Under the pieces are notes generated by a model. That model was not told the origin of the DNA. It ran no database searches and saw nothing but the letters and a program-made list of their open reading frames with translations. The translations under genes and the position numbers were made by a program. Positions 25,347-33,963 of a stretch of 64,000 bases of DNA are shown here, one piece after another. The stretch covers positions 123,165 through 187,164 of the forward strand of contig CAVQGY010000005.1 of assembly GCA_963712165.1 (NCBI GenBank), read 5' to 3'. Positions within the stretch are counted from its first letter, which is position 1, and the number at the start of each line of letters is the position of its first letter. The DNA is from an uncultured Chloroflexia bacterium. GTDB taxonomy: Bacteria; Chloroflexota; Anaerolineae; Anaerolineales; UBA11858.

Positions 25347-26525
25347 CTATTGATCCATATTCCTGGTGGATACCCGCTGGAATTTCCAGGTCAAGCTAGC
25401 ATGATCGACAGGCATGATGGGTGGCCGGTTCACTCCAGATGTAAATGTAAGATCCTCGTTGCCGCGAATAAACTCATTGCCTTCGGAGATTTTGCGGTAG
25501 ATTCCATAATTCAGCATTTCCTCCAGGTCCGGGGGCTGCGGCGTACCTAAAAAACCGTGTAAGAGTTGGGAGCGGTAGGTAAACATTTGCGTATTGCTGA
25601 GTTCCATGGTTTGTTTTGGGCAGCCGAAAAGACCGTGCTGATGCATAAATAAAACAACGGGTTCGTATTCCCCTTCCTGCAGCGGTCCGATACTCCAAGT
25701 TTGATCCACATACGTTCCATCAAACTTAAGGGTTGTGTAACCAACCCCGGGATTGGCCTCAATGTCCAGGAAGTGTTTATCAACTCCGCAGTCATCACTG
25801 CCTAGCTCTGCTAAGTAAGGGGCCTTATTCATTGTGGTCCGGACTTTGCTGGTTCCGGATACCTTGCCGGTTACCGGATTGATGCCGATGGTGACGGTGT
25901 GGAATTCATGCCAAGTCATTCCGGGACTTTGCAGAAGCCAGTGGCCTTCCAGTTCAGGGAATTCATCCAGCAGGAAGAACATATAATGGATCTGACCTTT
26001 CCAGATCACGCAGTTATTAAGCTGGTCACTGACTTTTTTCATTAGATCCTCGGCCGCAGCGGCAGCGCTGCCGCCCAACCGCATTCCCTGATCTATTAGA
26101 TGCATGATCTCATCGGTGTGGCCGCAGTCGGCTTTCTCTGCCAGCTTTTTTGCTAGCTCCGCGGTCAAGTCCTGGGCCTCCTTGATCAGCTCATCAGCTA
26201 GAGTTTTCCCAGCTTCAACACCGGACATCTGTGCTAATTGGGCTGCATATACCAACATGGCTTTCCCGGATTCATTGGGGTTCTTTTTTGCATACTTCCT
26301 GGCGGCCTCGATCAGTTTCATTAAGAGTTCAGTGATTGCTTGGTTCGTTCCCTCATCCCCTGTTCCTCCTTCTTCTCCCGATTTATAAAGTTTTCCAAGT
26401 TCGAAATAACGGTTTCTGAAGTCAATAATCTCTTCAGTTTCCCGCTGCCAGGGTTCAAGGTTTTTCTCCATGAAGTTATGCAATGAGAAGTGGTTCAGAG
26501 CACACTGAATTGTCTCCTCATCCAA
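25347..26525 (-). CDS. hypothetical protein, no domain recognised
   Basis: 392-codon ORF with a TTG start at 26525, 11 nt after GGAAGGAG. The frame is open for a further 34 codons upstream (to 26627) without any ATG/GTG/TTG. Confidence 0.55.
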   Translation of the reverse strand: MDEETIQCALNHFSLHNFMEKNLEPWQRETEEIIDFRNRYFELGKLYKSGEEGGTGDEGTNQAITELLMKLIEAARKYAKKNPNESGKAMLVYAAQLAQMSGVEAGKTLADELIKEAQDLTAELAKKLAEKADCGHTDEIMHLIDQGMRLGGSAAAAAEDLMKKVSDQLNNCVIWKGQIHYMFFLLDEFPELEGHWLLQSPGMTWHEFHTVTIGINPVTGKVSGTSKVRTTMNKAPYLAELGSDDCGVDKHFLDIEANPGVGYTTLKFDGTYVDQTWSIGPLQEGEYEPVVLFMHQHGLFGCPKQTMELSNTQMFTYRSQLLHGFLGTPQPPDLEEMLNYGIYRKISEGNEFIRGNEDLTFTSGVNRPPIMPVDHASLTWKFQRVSTRNMDQ

Positions 26526-26610
26526 CCGGGTACAGGCTCCTTCCTGATCGATCCAAGTGCCGCTTTCTGGATCAAAAGATTGAAGGACAAGATCATTAAC
26601 ATCATGTTCG

Positions 26611-27333
26611 TCATCCTGAATAGTTAATCAGTGCAGTTTTACCTTCCGCCAGGTTGATTGGCTCTCCATCCAAATTCCAGGCGCTGATGTCAAAGGAGAG
26701 GATTGCGCCAAAAGGGTCATCCAGCTCTGCCCAGGCATCATCCATGCAGATTTCCCTGGGATCGAGCTCTGTGATCTCCAGATATCCTTCTCCCTCGGTG
26801 AGGGCTCCCGGTTCAAGATCTACTTCTAAATGTGGCGCTTCCTGTTCAGCCAGTTGGAGGTGAGATCCTGATGACTCCTGATAATAAAACGCTGCACCTA
26901 CTGGAGCCAGGGTGACGAAATACAGGTCATATTCACCGCTATAGGGGCTGGGCTTGGCGTAATTGGATACATAGCCAGCGGCCTGAACAGGTACCCATCC
27001 GGATTCATTGGCCGTGACTTCTCCGTAGAATACACCAGACATATCAGCATATTCTCTATTTGTCCCGATCACTGCATTCGGGATAGGGTTGTAGTCGGGG
27101 TCGACCACAAAAACCATCGCTTCTCTACCAACATTGCCAGGTTGATCATCCTCCCCAAACTCACCAACACTATCTTTTTCATCATCGGTGTCCGTCTTGG
27201 CAATACTGACCGGTGTACCCGTTTCTTCTGGTAATGCCCCGAACAAGTTGGTTGTCTGACTGCATCCCTGATTAATAATCAAGATGGCTACCAGACAAAG
27301 GAACGCGGTAAGTCTACTTCTTTTCCAGTGCAT
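26611..27333 (-). CDS. hypothetical acidic lipoprotein
   Basis: ATG 27333 follows GGAGGG. Signal peptide and lipobox MHWKRSRLTAFLCLVAILIINQGCSQ. Confidence 0.65.
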   Translation of the reverse strand: MHWKRSRLTAFLCLVAILIINQGCSQTTNLFGALPEETGTPVSIAKTDTDDEKDSVGEFGEDDQPGNVGREAMVFVVDPDYNPIPNAVIGTNREYADMSGVFYGEVTANESGWVPVQAAGYVSNYAKPSPYSGEYDLYFVTLAPVGAAFYYQESSGSHLQLAEQEAPHLEVDLEPGALTEGEGYLEITELDPREICMDDAWAELDDPFGAILSFDISAWNLDGEPINLAEGKTALINYSG

Positions 27334-27598
27334 ACTTCCCTCCTGGTTGAAGTTGAATATGATCAGATCTGTGAAAGTTGTTACTTCAAAATGTTGTTGT
27401 GAGGAGTATAGAAGGGTAGTGATCAATGAGAGAAGAGACGATATTCTCAGGATGTTCTCATTATAGAGAATTGATCTAGAGAAGTCAAATACTCAAGATC
27501 TGCGGCGAATAGAATCCAATTTGAAAGGGTAGATCAATATTTTCTGTTCACCTGGAGAATAAAGCGTAGGCTAGAAGGAATCGGACAAGGAAGCAGAT

Positions 27599-28327
27599 TC
27601 AAACTAGGGGTCCCATCTGGGAAAGAATATAGGCCGCTGCCAGGCCCAGCGTGTTGGTGGCCACATGCATGATCACTGCTGGCCAGATCGACTCCGTCCT
27701 CTGGTAGAGATAAGCGAAGACCAGGCCCATCAGGAAAATGGGGGGCATGGCTATGGGCTGGAGATGGACCACTGCGAACAACCCCGCGCTGATCAGGGCT
27801 GCAGCGATCCAGCCATATCTTTCCCTTAATCCGGTAAACAGAAATCCCCGGAAGAAGACCTCCTCCACCAGGGGAGCGATAACGATGCCTGCCAGGAAGA
27901 TCAGCCAAGGAGAGGCTCCTACGCCAAAAATCTCGCTAACCTCAAAACGGGATTGGATCCCCTTGAACAGCAGGCTCAGATTGTAGAGCATGTTGAAAAA
28001 ATAAGATAAGATCATCATCCCGCAGCCAATCGCGAGAGTGTTCAGATCGAACTTCCTTAAACCCAGGGACTCCCAGCTGAGTTGATATTTGTGGACCGTC
28101 AACCACCAGGCAGGAAGGATCAGCACCATTTCCCAAAGGACCAGGAAGAGTCCCAGGTCGAATTGCCAATCAAAGTATTCCTTGGCGATCCCAAAACCGA
28201 TCGAGACCAGCAACCAAACCAGAAATAAGCCCAGGCCAAACCAGACGTCACGTAAGGTCCAGGGCACTTTGGCTGGGGCGGAACTATCTTGAAGAATAGG
28301 ATTATCTGTCGAATTATTCAATGACAA
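27599..28327 (-). CDS. CPBP family intramembrane glutamic endopeptidase (CAAX protease-like)
   Basis: APLVEEVFFRGFLF and later FAVVH / MHVATN in a polytopic protein. Start uncertain: TTG 28327 or GTG 28267. Confidence 0.8.
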   Translation of the reverse strand: MSLNNSTDNPILQDSSAPAKVPWTLRDVWFGLGLFLVWLLVSIGFGIAKEYFDWQFDLGLFLVLWEMVLILPAWWLTVHKYQLSWESLGLRKFDLNTLAIGCGMMILSYFFNMLYNLSLLFKGIQSRFEVSEIFGVGASPWLIFLAGIVIAPLVEEVFFRGFLFTGLRERYGWIAAALISAGLFAVVHLQPIAMPPIFLMGLVFAYLYQRTESIWPAVIMHVATNTLGLAAAYILSQMGPLV

Positions 28328-29123
28328 TTTCCTCCAATCCTTCTTCCGGTACGGGGAAAGCCATTTTCAAACTTTTGAGGGTGTTGATGATAATGGTAGA
28401 GATCACCAGGTTGCGGTACCATTTGCGATTGGCCGGTATAACATACCAGGGGGCTTTGTCTGTGCTGGTTTTGGAAAGAGCGTCCTCATAGGCAGCCTGG
28501 TATTGATCCCACAAAGCCCTTTCCGCCAGATCCCCCTTGCTGAACTTCCAGGTCTTATGAGGCTCATCCAGCCGGGCCTGGAGGCGCTCTTTCTGCTCTT
28601 GTCTGTCGATATGCAGGTAAAACTTAAGGATGGTTGTGCCTTCATCAGCCAGGGTCTTTTCAAAGGCCCGGATATGTTCATACCGCCTGGACCAGATCTC
28701 TTCTTTTACCAGGTTATGTACTCGGACCACCAGCACATCCTCATAATGGCTGCGGTTAAAGATCACTATCTCTCCCTTACCTGGAGTGTGTTTGTGTACC
28801 CGCCAGAGGTAATCGTGGGCTAACTCCTTGGGGGTGGGGACTTTAAACCCGGCAACCTTAACTCCCTGAGGATTGACTCCCTCGAAGACATGACGAATGG
28901 TGCCGTCTTTGCCTCCGGTATCCATGGCCTGCAGGACGATCAGCACCTTGTGTTTGCCCTCTGCATACAGCAGTTCCTGGAGAACTTCCAGCTCCTTATT
29001 GAGCTCGAGGAGTTTCTTTTTTCCTTCCTTTTTGGATATCGGGAAGAGACTCTTGTCATTTGGATCCCAGTGGTTGAGGTCAATTTGTGTTTCGGGTTTT
29101 ACGAGATATTTATCCATATTCAT
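28314..29123 (-). CDS. ppk2: polyphosphate kinase 2 family (polyphosphate:nucleotide phosphotransferase)
   Basis: VLIVLQAMDTGGKDGTIRHVF (Walker A-like), IVIFNRSHYEDVLVVRVH, WYVIPANRKWYRN. Confidence 0.88.
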   Translation of the reverse strand: MNMDKYLVKPETQIDLNHWDPNDKSLFPISKKEGKKKLLELNKELEVLQELLYAEGKHKVLIVLQAMDTGGKDGTIRHVFEGVNPQGVKVAGFKVPTPKELAHDYLWRVHKHTPGKGEIVIFNRSHYEDVLVVRVHNLVKEEIWSRRYEHIRAFEKTLADEGTTILKFYLHIDRQEQKERLQARLDEPHKTWKFSKGDLAERALWDQYQAAYEDALSKTSTDKAPWYVIPANRKWYRNLVISTIIINTLKSLKMAFPVPEEGLEEIVIE

Positions 29124-29169
29124 TCACCTTGTTTTCCCTGATTGTACCCTTTCTTCCCGGGATTTTTGG

Positions 29170-29221
29170 ACCTCGGAGGTCGGTCCAACCTCGGGACAAC
29201 CTCGGGATAACCTCGGAGGTC
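29170..29221. repeat. four direct copies of ACCTCGG(A/G), three of them on an 11-bp register, in the ppk2 upstream region
   Basis: Copies start at 29170, 29188, 29199 and 29210. The outer two are ACCTCgGAGGTC, an inverted repeat around one central base. They lie 47-98 nt upstream of the ppk2 ATG (29123). Confidence 0.6.
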
Positions 29222-29241
29222 TTGATTGATAAGTTGAACTT

Positions 29242-30381
29242 TCAGCGCCGGACGGCATCAGCTCGGGCTAATTCGATCACTGCCACAACCGGGAGCAGGG
29301 GATTATTATTCAACTCACCGGGAATGAAGACAGGCATATGATCTATTGCACAACGTTCATTGATAGGGTTACCTTGTTGTGGCAAATTCACCCGGACCCA
29401 GGGAACACCTCCATCCAGCGCCGCATTGACAATTTCACAAGTATGTTTTCCCTGCCACCAAATCGGTGGTTGATGGAAAACCTCGATCTCTTCTGGGTTA
29501 CCTGGGGGTTGGGAATGGTCCCATTCACCCTGCAGCCTGAGATACATGCCATTAAAACCGCCAATAAAATGGATGGCTTCCCGTTCTGCCCAGAAAGCCT
29601 GGTTCTCCTCAGAAGGATCTCGCTGTAGGCTGTAATGGCCCAGGATCCCATATACTGTTTGGAACTTATCCTGGAATGGGTGTCCGGGAGGGCTGAACAT
29701 GGCCCTGGGTTCCTGAACAGTGACGAAACTGTTAGGAGGACCTTCTCCATCAACGATGTACTTCACGCTCAGCTCCGGATGCCTTGCAACGCATCCTGCA
29801 GCCATGCTGATTCCGTAAGACTGGCTGCGGATACCAACATTCTCGCTGATCACATAGGGAAGCTGCTGGATATGAGCGATGATCTCTGCCAGAGTATCCT
29901 GGTTCTCATGCCCGTTGAAATCTTCGGTTCCCTGAGATGGGATATCCTCGGGATTGCGGGTGTCTACCCGTCCCTCTGCGTTGAAGGTGACTACAACCAT
30001 ACCAGCTTCGGCAAGGGCGATGGCTTCTGGAGCCAGGATCTCAGACCGACCGGGATTAATCCCCCCCGGAACTTTGACCACGGCAGCAAATCGCGTGGAA
30101 GGATATTGGGCGGGATCAGGCCGGCGGATATATCCGTGGATCTCATATCCATTCCTGTTGGTTATAGAGAATTCCTCAAGCACAGTGATGTAGACTTGCT
30201 CCTGGTCCTGAGGGTAATCCGGAAGCACATCCGTGATTGGATAAGTATTGATAGGTGTCTGGCGGATTTCGACCGCGGAAACGCAGCTTGATAAAGCCAG
30301 AGATGCCGGGATAACCATCAGGATGATGCCTGTCCACCATCCCGTTTTTCTTCGATTATCGAACTCCAGAAATTTACCCAT
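29242..30381 (-). CDS. alpha/beta-hydrolase-fold lipoprotein
   Basis: Lipobox LALSSCVSA. Nucleophile-elbow-like IRSQSYGISMAAG. Dienelactone-hydrolase-like layout. Confidence 0.6.
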   Translation of the reverse strand: MGKFLEFDNRRKTGWWTGIILMVIPASLALSSCVSAVEIRQTPINTYPITDVLPDYPQDQEQVYITVLEEFSITNRNGYEIHGYIRRPDPAQYPSTRFAAVVKVPGGINPGRSEILAPEAIALAEAGMVVVTFNAEGRVDTRNPEDIPSQGTEDFNGHENQDTLAEIIAHIQQLPYVISENVGIRSQSYGISMAAGCVARHPELSVKYIVDGEGPPNSFVTVQEPRAMFSPPGHPFQDKFQTVYGILGHYSLQRDPSEENQAFWAEREAIHFIGGFNGMYLRLQGEWDHSQPPGNPEEIEVFHQPPIWWQGKHTCEIVNAALDGGVPWVRVNLPQQGNPINERCAIDHMPVFIPGELNNNPLLPVVAVIELARADAVRR

Positions 30382-30532
30382 GGCAATTCTCCTGTTTTTT
30401 TTATACCATATGTGAGGTGTTCCCGCAGGCGCATCCTCCCCAGCTAATTTCCGTTATAATCCGTGTATTGCATTCCAGTGATCCTTGCCCTGGATCAGGT
30501 CATTCCGCTAACAATAACAAGAGGGATAAATC

Positions 30533-31669
30533 ATGAATATTTCGCTGAAGGAAATCACTAACAAGCGGGAATTGAGGTCATTTATCCGCTTTCCACATTC
30601 TCTCCCCCGGGATAACGATGCCTGGGTGCCCGCCCTGGATATGGATGAGATGAACACGCTCTCCTGGGATATCAATCCGGCCTTCGAACACTGCCAGGCC
30701 CGTTATTTCCTCGCCTACAGGAATGGTAAGGCTGTTGGAAGGGTCGCAGCGATCTATAATCCCTTGCATTACGAGACCTGGGGCGAGAAATACATGCGTT
30801 TTGGCTGGATCGATTTCATCGAAGACCCTGAAGTATCCAAAGCCCTGATGGGTAAAGTGGAATCCTGGGCTTTAGAATTGGGCTGCACCGCGGTCCATGG
30901 ACCGCTGGGTTTTACAGACCTGGACCGGGAAGGTATGCTGGTGGATGGATTTGACGAGCTGGGGACCCTGGCCACACGCCATGACCAGCCTTTCTACCAC
31001 AAGCACCTCGAAGATCTGGGATATGAGAAGGACGCTGACTGGCTGGAACACGAGGTGGATGTGACCGGCCCGCTGGATGAGAGAATATCACGGGTGGCAG
31101 CCATTGCCCGCAAGCGCTACAAACTTCGTGTCCCGGAGATTAAAAAGAAGAAAGATTTGTTATCCTACGCACCGGAGCTTTTTGAGATCATCAACGAAGC
31201 CTACAGCCACCTTTACGGTGTGGTCCATCTTACTGATGCCCAGGTGGAAGCCTATGTTAAACAGTATTTTGGTTTTGTAATTCCAGACCTGGTGCCGTTC
31301 GTGCTGGATGATAATGACCGCATGGTGGGGTTTACGGTAGCCATGCCATCCCTCTCCCGTGCTTTGCAGAAAGGGAAGGGAAGGTTGTTCCCATTTGGTT
31401 TCATCCACCTGCTGCTAGCCATGAAGCGCTTTGACCGGGTTGATATGTACCTGGGCGCGGTGCGGCCGGAATATCAGGGTCGGGGGATCAACGCGATCAT
31501 GATGGAAGCCTTCTACCTGGCAATTCAAAAACGTGGTGTGAAAAAGATCCATGCCAACCCCATGATGGAAACCAATTTTAAGGTCCTTGAGCAGTGGAAA
31601 TTCTTTAATGACCGACAGCACAAACGCCGGAGGGTGTATATCAAACACCTGCAACCGGAAACCAGCTAA
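30533..31669 (+). CDS. GNAT-fold acyltransferase-like protein (uncharacterised family)
   Basis: 378-aa ORF. The C-terminal half has RPEYQGRGINAIMMEAF (acetyl-CoA-binding-type motif). The family call is tentative. Confidence 0.5.
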   Translation: MNISLKEITNKRELRSFIRFPHSLPRDNDAWVPALDMDEMNTLSWDINPAFEHCQARYFLAYRNGKAVGRVAAIYNPLHYETWGEKYMRFGWIDFIEDPEVSKALMGKVESWALELGCTAVHGPLGFTDLDREGMLVDGFDELGTLATRHDQPFYHKHLEDLGYEKDADWLEHEVDVTGPLDERISRVAAIARKRYKLRVPEIKKKKDLLSYAPELFEIINEAYSHLYGVVHLTDAQVEAYVKQYFGFVIPDLVPFVLDDNDRMVGFTVAMPSLSRALQKGKGRLFPFGFIHLLLAMKRFDRVDMYLGAVRPEYQGRGINAIMMEAFYLAIQKRGVKKIHANPMMETNFKVLEQWKFFNDRQHKRRRVYIKHLQPETS

Positions 31670-31690
31670 GTGAATCTGTTCCGGAAATAC

Positions 31691-31729
31691 AAAAAATCCA
31701 GGCATGGTATCACGCCTGGATTTTTTTTT
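31691..31729. terminator. bidirectional intrinsic terminator
   Basis: A6, stem TCCAGGC (31697-31703) / GCCTGGA (31714-31720), T9. Lies between convergent genes. Confidence 0.75.
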
Positions 31730-31742
31730 GAAAATTATCTTG

Positions 31743-32177
31743 TTACTTTTCTACACCCAGGTCCTGCCAGATCTCTTCCCAGGTTTTGTCCTCTACCATG
31801 TTAAGCAGCTCTTCAACCGATAAGTCCACCAGCTCTTCCGTTTCCAGAGCCAAGAGAATATCGGAGAAAGCTGCGCCGTCACAATACCAGGTCATGATCT
31901 GATCATAGCTGACCTCGAAACTCTCTGCCATGCCTTCCGCCATAGGGTGAGGGTTAAGTGAGGAGCAGTTAATCTCAGGGTTCTCCGTGGGTTCTGCGGG
32001 GGATCCACCCTCCGAGATTTCATCCTCGGCGTGTTCTGGGGGTGATTCTCCCTCGCTAATGAACTCATCCTGAGGAGAATGTTCAGAACTCTTAAGTGTA
32101 TCCGTCCCACACCCAATCATGGTTAGTATAAGCAGGATTGATAAGATCCCCAAGGCAATCTGTTTTCCTGTATTCAT
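31743..32177 (-). CDS. small lipoprotein with a conserved Cys-containing C-terminal domain (paralogous to 32285-32968)
   Basis: Lipobox LILTMIGCGT. C-terminus HPMAEGMAESFEVSYDQIMTWYC...ILLALET...WEEIWQDL. Confidence 0.65.
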   Translation of the reverse strand: MNTGKQIALGILSILLILTMIGCGTDTLKSSEHSPQDEFISEGESPPEHAEDEISEGGSPAEPTENPEINCSSLNPHPMAEGMAESFEVSYDQIMTWYCDGAAFSDILLALETEELVDLSVEELLNMVEDKTWEEIWQDLGVEK

Positions 32178-32284
32178 GGTCATATCCTCTTTATAGCATG
32201 AACACCCAGACTGTTCAGTCCGGGTGCCCATGCTGCGTCGCTTCAGTTATGTAAGTTGATTATTAGCGAATTGATGTCCAGCTC

Positions 32285-32968
32285 CTATTTCCCTTTCTTC
32301 GGGGAGGTCCCTTCGCTTCCTGTCCCATCGCCATCCTGCTTTTTGATCTGCCCTGGGGGGGTGCCGTGATCGGGTTTGCCTTTGAGATCTAACTCCTGCC
32401 AGATCTTGCCCCATTTGATATTCTCAAAGCCGTCCAGGAAGTAAGTGAAATCATAGTCTTCTGAAAGGGCTGCGGTCTGCAGGGCCAGCATGATCTGTCC
32501 CAGGGGAACGTGAGTCTCGCCACACAGATAGGCTTCGATAACCTCATAAGGAATCCCGTAGGATTCTGCGATTTTGAAGGCGACCGGATGATTTACATCC
32601 TCTACAGCACAGTAATTGGCTGCCAGTTCACCTTCCTGGGTTTGTACCCTGTCGCGAGCCCGTTCCTGGATCTTTAGTTCCGTGACGACCAGCCTGCCCT
32701 CTTCATTCAGGGTGCCTTTGAGTTCAAGGATATCCCCTTCGTCGTAAGCATCAAAGTTGAAATTCTGGCCAACCTCAACTTCGAGAACGACGATTTCACC
32801 TTCGACCTCGGCCTCAACTTCCAGATAGAACTCATCCGGGTAGATGCCGACGATCGTGCCTTCCACTTCAACTTCATTGCCCTCGCTGGCAAATGCCATA
32901 CCAGTGGTCAGTAATCCCGCCAAGAGGGTGAGGATCAGTGTGATACTAAGAGTGAGTCTTTTCTTCAT
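32285..32968 (-). CDS. secreted protein: OB-like repeat region plus the same C-terminal domain
   Basis: Signal peptide MKKRLTLSITLILTLLAGLLTTGMAFA. VEVEGTIVGIYPDEFYLEVEAEVEGEIVVLEV... C-terminus HPVAFKIAESYGIPYEVIEAYLC...IMLALQT...WGKIWQEL. Confidence 0.65.
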   Translation of the reverse strand: MKKRLTLSITLILTLLAGLLTTGMAFASEGNEVEVEGTIVGIYPDEFYLEVEAEVEGEIVVLEVEVGQNFNFDAYDEGDILELKGTLNEEGRLVVTELKIQERARDRVQTQEGELAANYCAVEDVNHPVAFKIAESYGIPYEVIEAYLCGETHVPLGQIMLALQTAALSEDYDFTYFLDGFENIKWGKIWQELDLKGKPDHGTPPGQIKKQDGDGTGSEGTSPKKGK

Positions 32969-33014
32969 TTTGTGCTCCTTTTCATCATCAGGATGAACTT
33001 TGATTGACTATAGT

Positions 33015-33836
33015 TTATTTGGTGCCAGGACCATTGCCTGAGTTGTTTCCAGGTGTACTCTGTCCGCCATCGGGATCACCTTGGCCGTCCGGATTACTCG
33101 GTTCATTGCCATCGCTTTGATCTTTAAGCTTTTCATTGCGCATATTCTCTCGGAAACCTTTAGGCTCTTTGATGCCGTTTTCGACAAGTTCAAGGCGTTC
33201 GTGGATCTTTTCCTTGGCTTTCAGCAGTCCGGGAGGGCCGCCCTGGGGGTGTTCCTTTCCGAGTTCCGCCATCATCTGGTTCTGCTTCTGGAGGTTGTTC
33301 TCAATCTGGCGGAGGGCTTTTTCCATGCCCTGGCCATCCAATTTGGCGGCCTGCTCAAGCATCTTCTGGGTGTGCTTTTCTAATAGTTCAAGGGCATTTT
33401 CGGATACTGTCTCCCCAGCAGCTACCTGAGCTTGGATTTCCTGCAGGCGGCGGTTGGCAAAGAATACGTAGAGATCCAGCTTATCCTCCGGATCACTTTC
33501 CAGGCTGACCTGAACCTGTTCTGTAAGGGTTTTTACACCATAAAGGAAATCATCAGGTTGGGCAGCCTGGGCTGCGTAGATCGTCCCGCCCAGGCTGGAA
33601 AGCGCGACCATGATCACAGCCGCGATAGCTGCAAAACGGGTGACCCAGGTGCGCCGACCAAGAGGTTTGCTCTGGCGGGCAGATTTTCGCGATCCCAACC
33701 GGCGCGGTTTGAGATTTCTTACCTGTACCAGGTAATCTTCCCGTCCAACATGTATGGCCTGCAGATCCCTCTCCGGGACATCCTGCAGGCTTTCGAGCAT
33801 TTTTTTCAGTTCGGGATTGATTTCTTGATTGTTCAT
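33015..33836 (-). CDS. anti-sigma-factor-like single-pass membrane protein (DUF5667-like ectodomain)
   Basis: Cytoplasmic N-terminus, TM FAAIAAVIMVALSSLGG, then PDDFLYGVKTLTEQVQVSL...LDLYVFFANRRLQEI. Lies downstream of the ECF sigma gene. Confidence 0.6.
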   Translation of the reverse strand: MNNQEINPELKKMLESLQDVPERDLQAIHVGREDYLVQVRNLKPRRLGSRKSARQSKPLGRRTWVTRFAAIAAVIMVALSSLGGTIYAAQAAQPDDFLYGVKTLTEQVQVSLESDPEDKLDLYVFFANRRLQEIQAQVAAGETVSENALELLEKHTQKMLEQAAKLDGQGMEKALRQIENNLQKQNQMMAELGKEHPQGGPPGLLKAKEKIHERLELVENGIKEPKGFRENMRNEKLKDQSDGNEPSNPDGQGDPDGGQSTPGNNSGNGPGTK

Positions 33837-33897
33837 ATATCATCCTTGGAAAAAGTTTTCCTTCTTGCCCTATATGACGCCAAAAATCATCCTGGGA

Positions 33898-33924
33898 TAC
33901 GGGCAAATGAAAAATTCGTTTGTG
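33898..33924 (-). promoter_or_regulatory. ECF-sigma-type promoter motif (AAAC-N16-CGTA) ahead of the anti-sigma gene
   Basis: The minus strand reads CACAAAC gaatttttcatttgcc CGTAT. AAAC is at 33921-33918 and CGTA at 33901-33898, about 60 nt upstream of ATG 33836. Confidence 0.45.
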
Positions 33925-33963
33925 GGTTAGGGTGATTAACTTGAAAACTGGAGACGGGCTGAT

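Noticed and set aside
25236-25550. 104-aa plus-strand ORF in the gap after the GNAT gene.
   Set aside because: It overlaps the 3' end of the 392-aa minus-strand gene, is very Arg/Gly-rich, has no SD, and is probably a shadow ORF.
26525-26627. Treating 26611-27333 and 25347-26525 as definitely one frameshifted pseudogene.
   Set aside because: A good SD (GGAAGGAG) 11 nt before TTG 26525 supports an independent start. Without homologues the single-gene model cannot be preferred, so it is reported only as an open question.
29170-29221. The short ACCTCGG repeats as a mini-CRISPR or microsatellite.
   Set aside because: The units are 8-12 nt with no spacers of CRISPR size. The copies are imperfect and lie in a promoter-proximal position, so a regulatory interpretation is more plausible.
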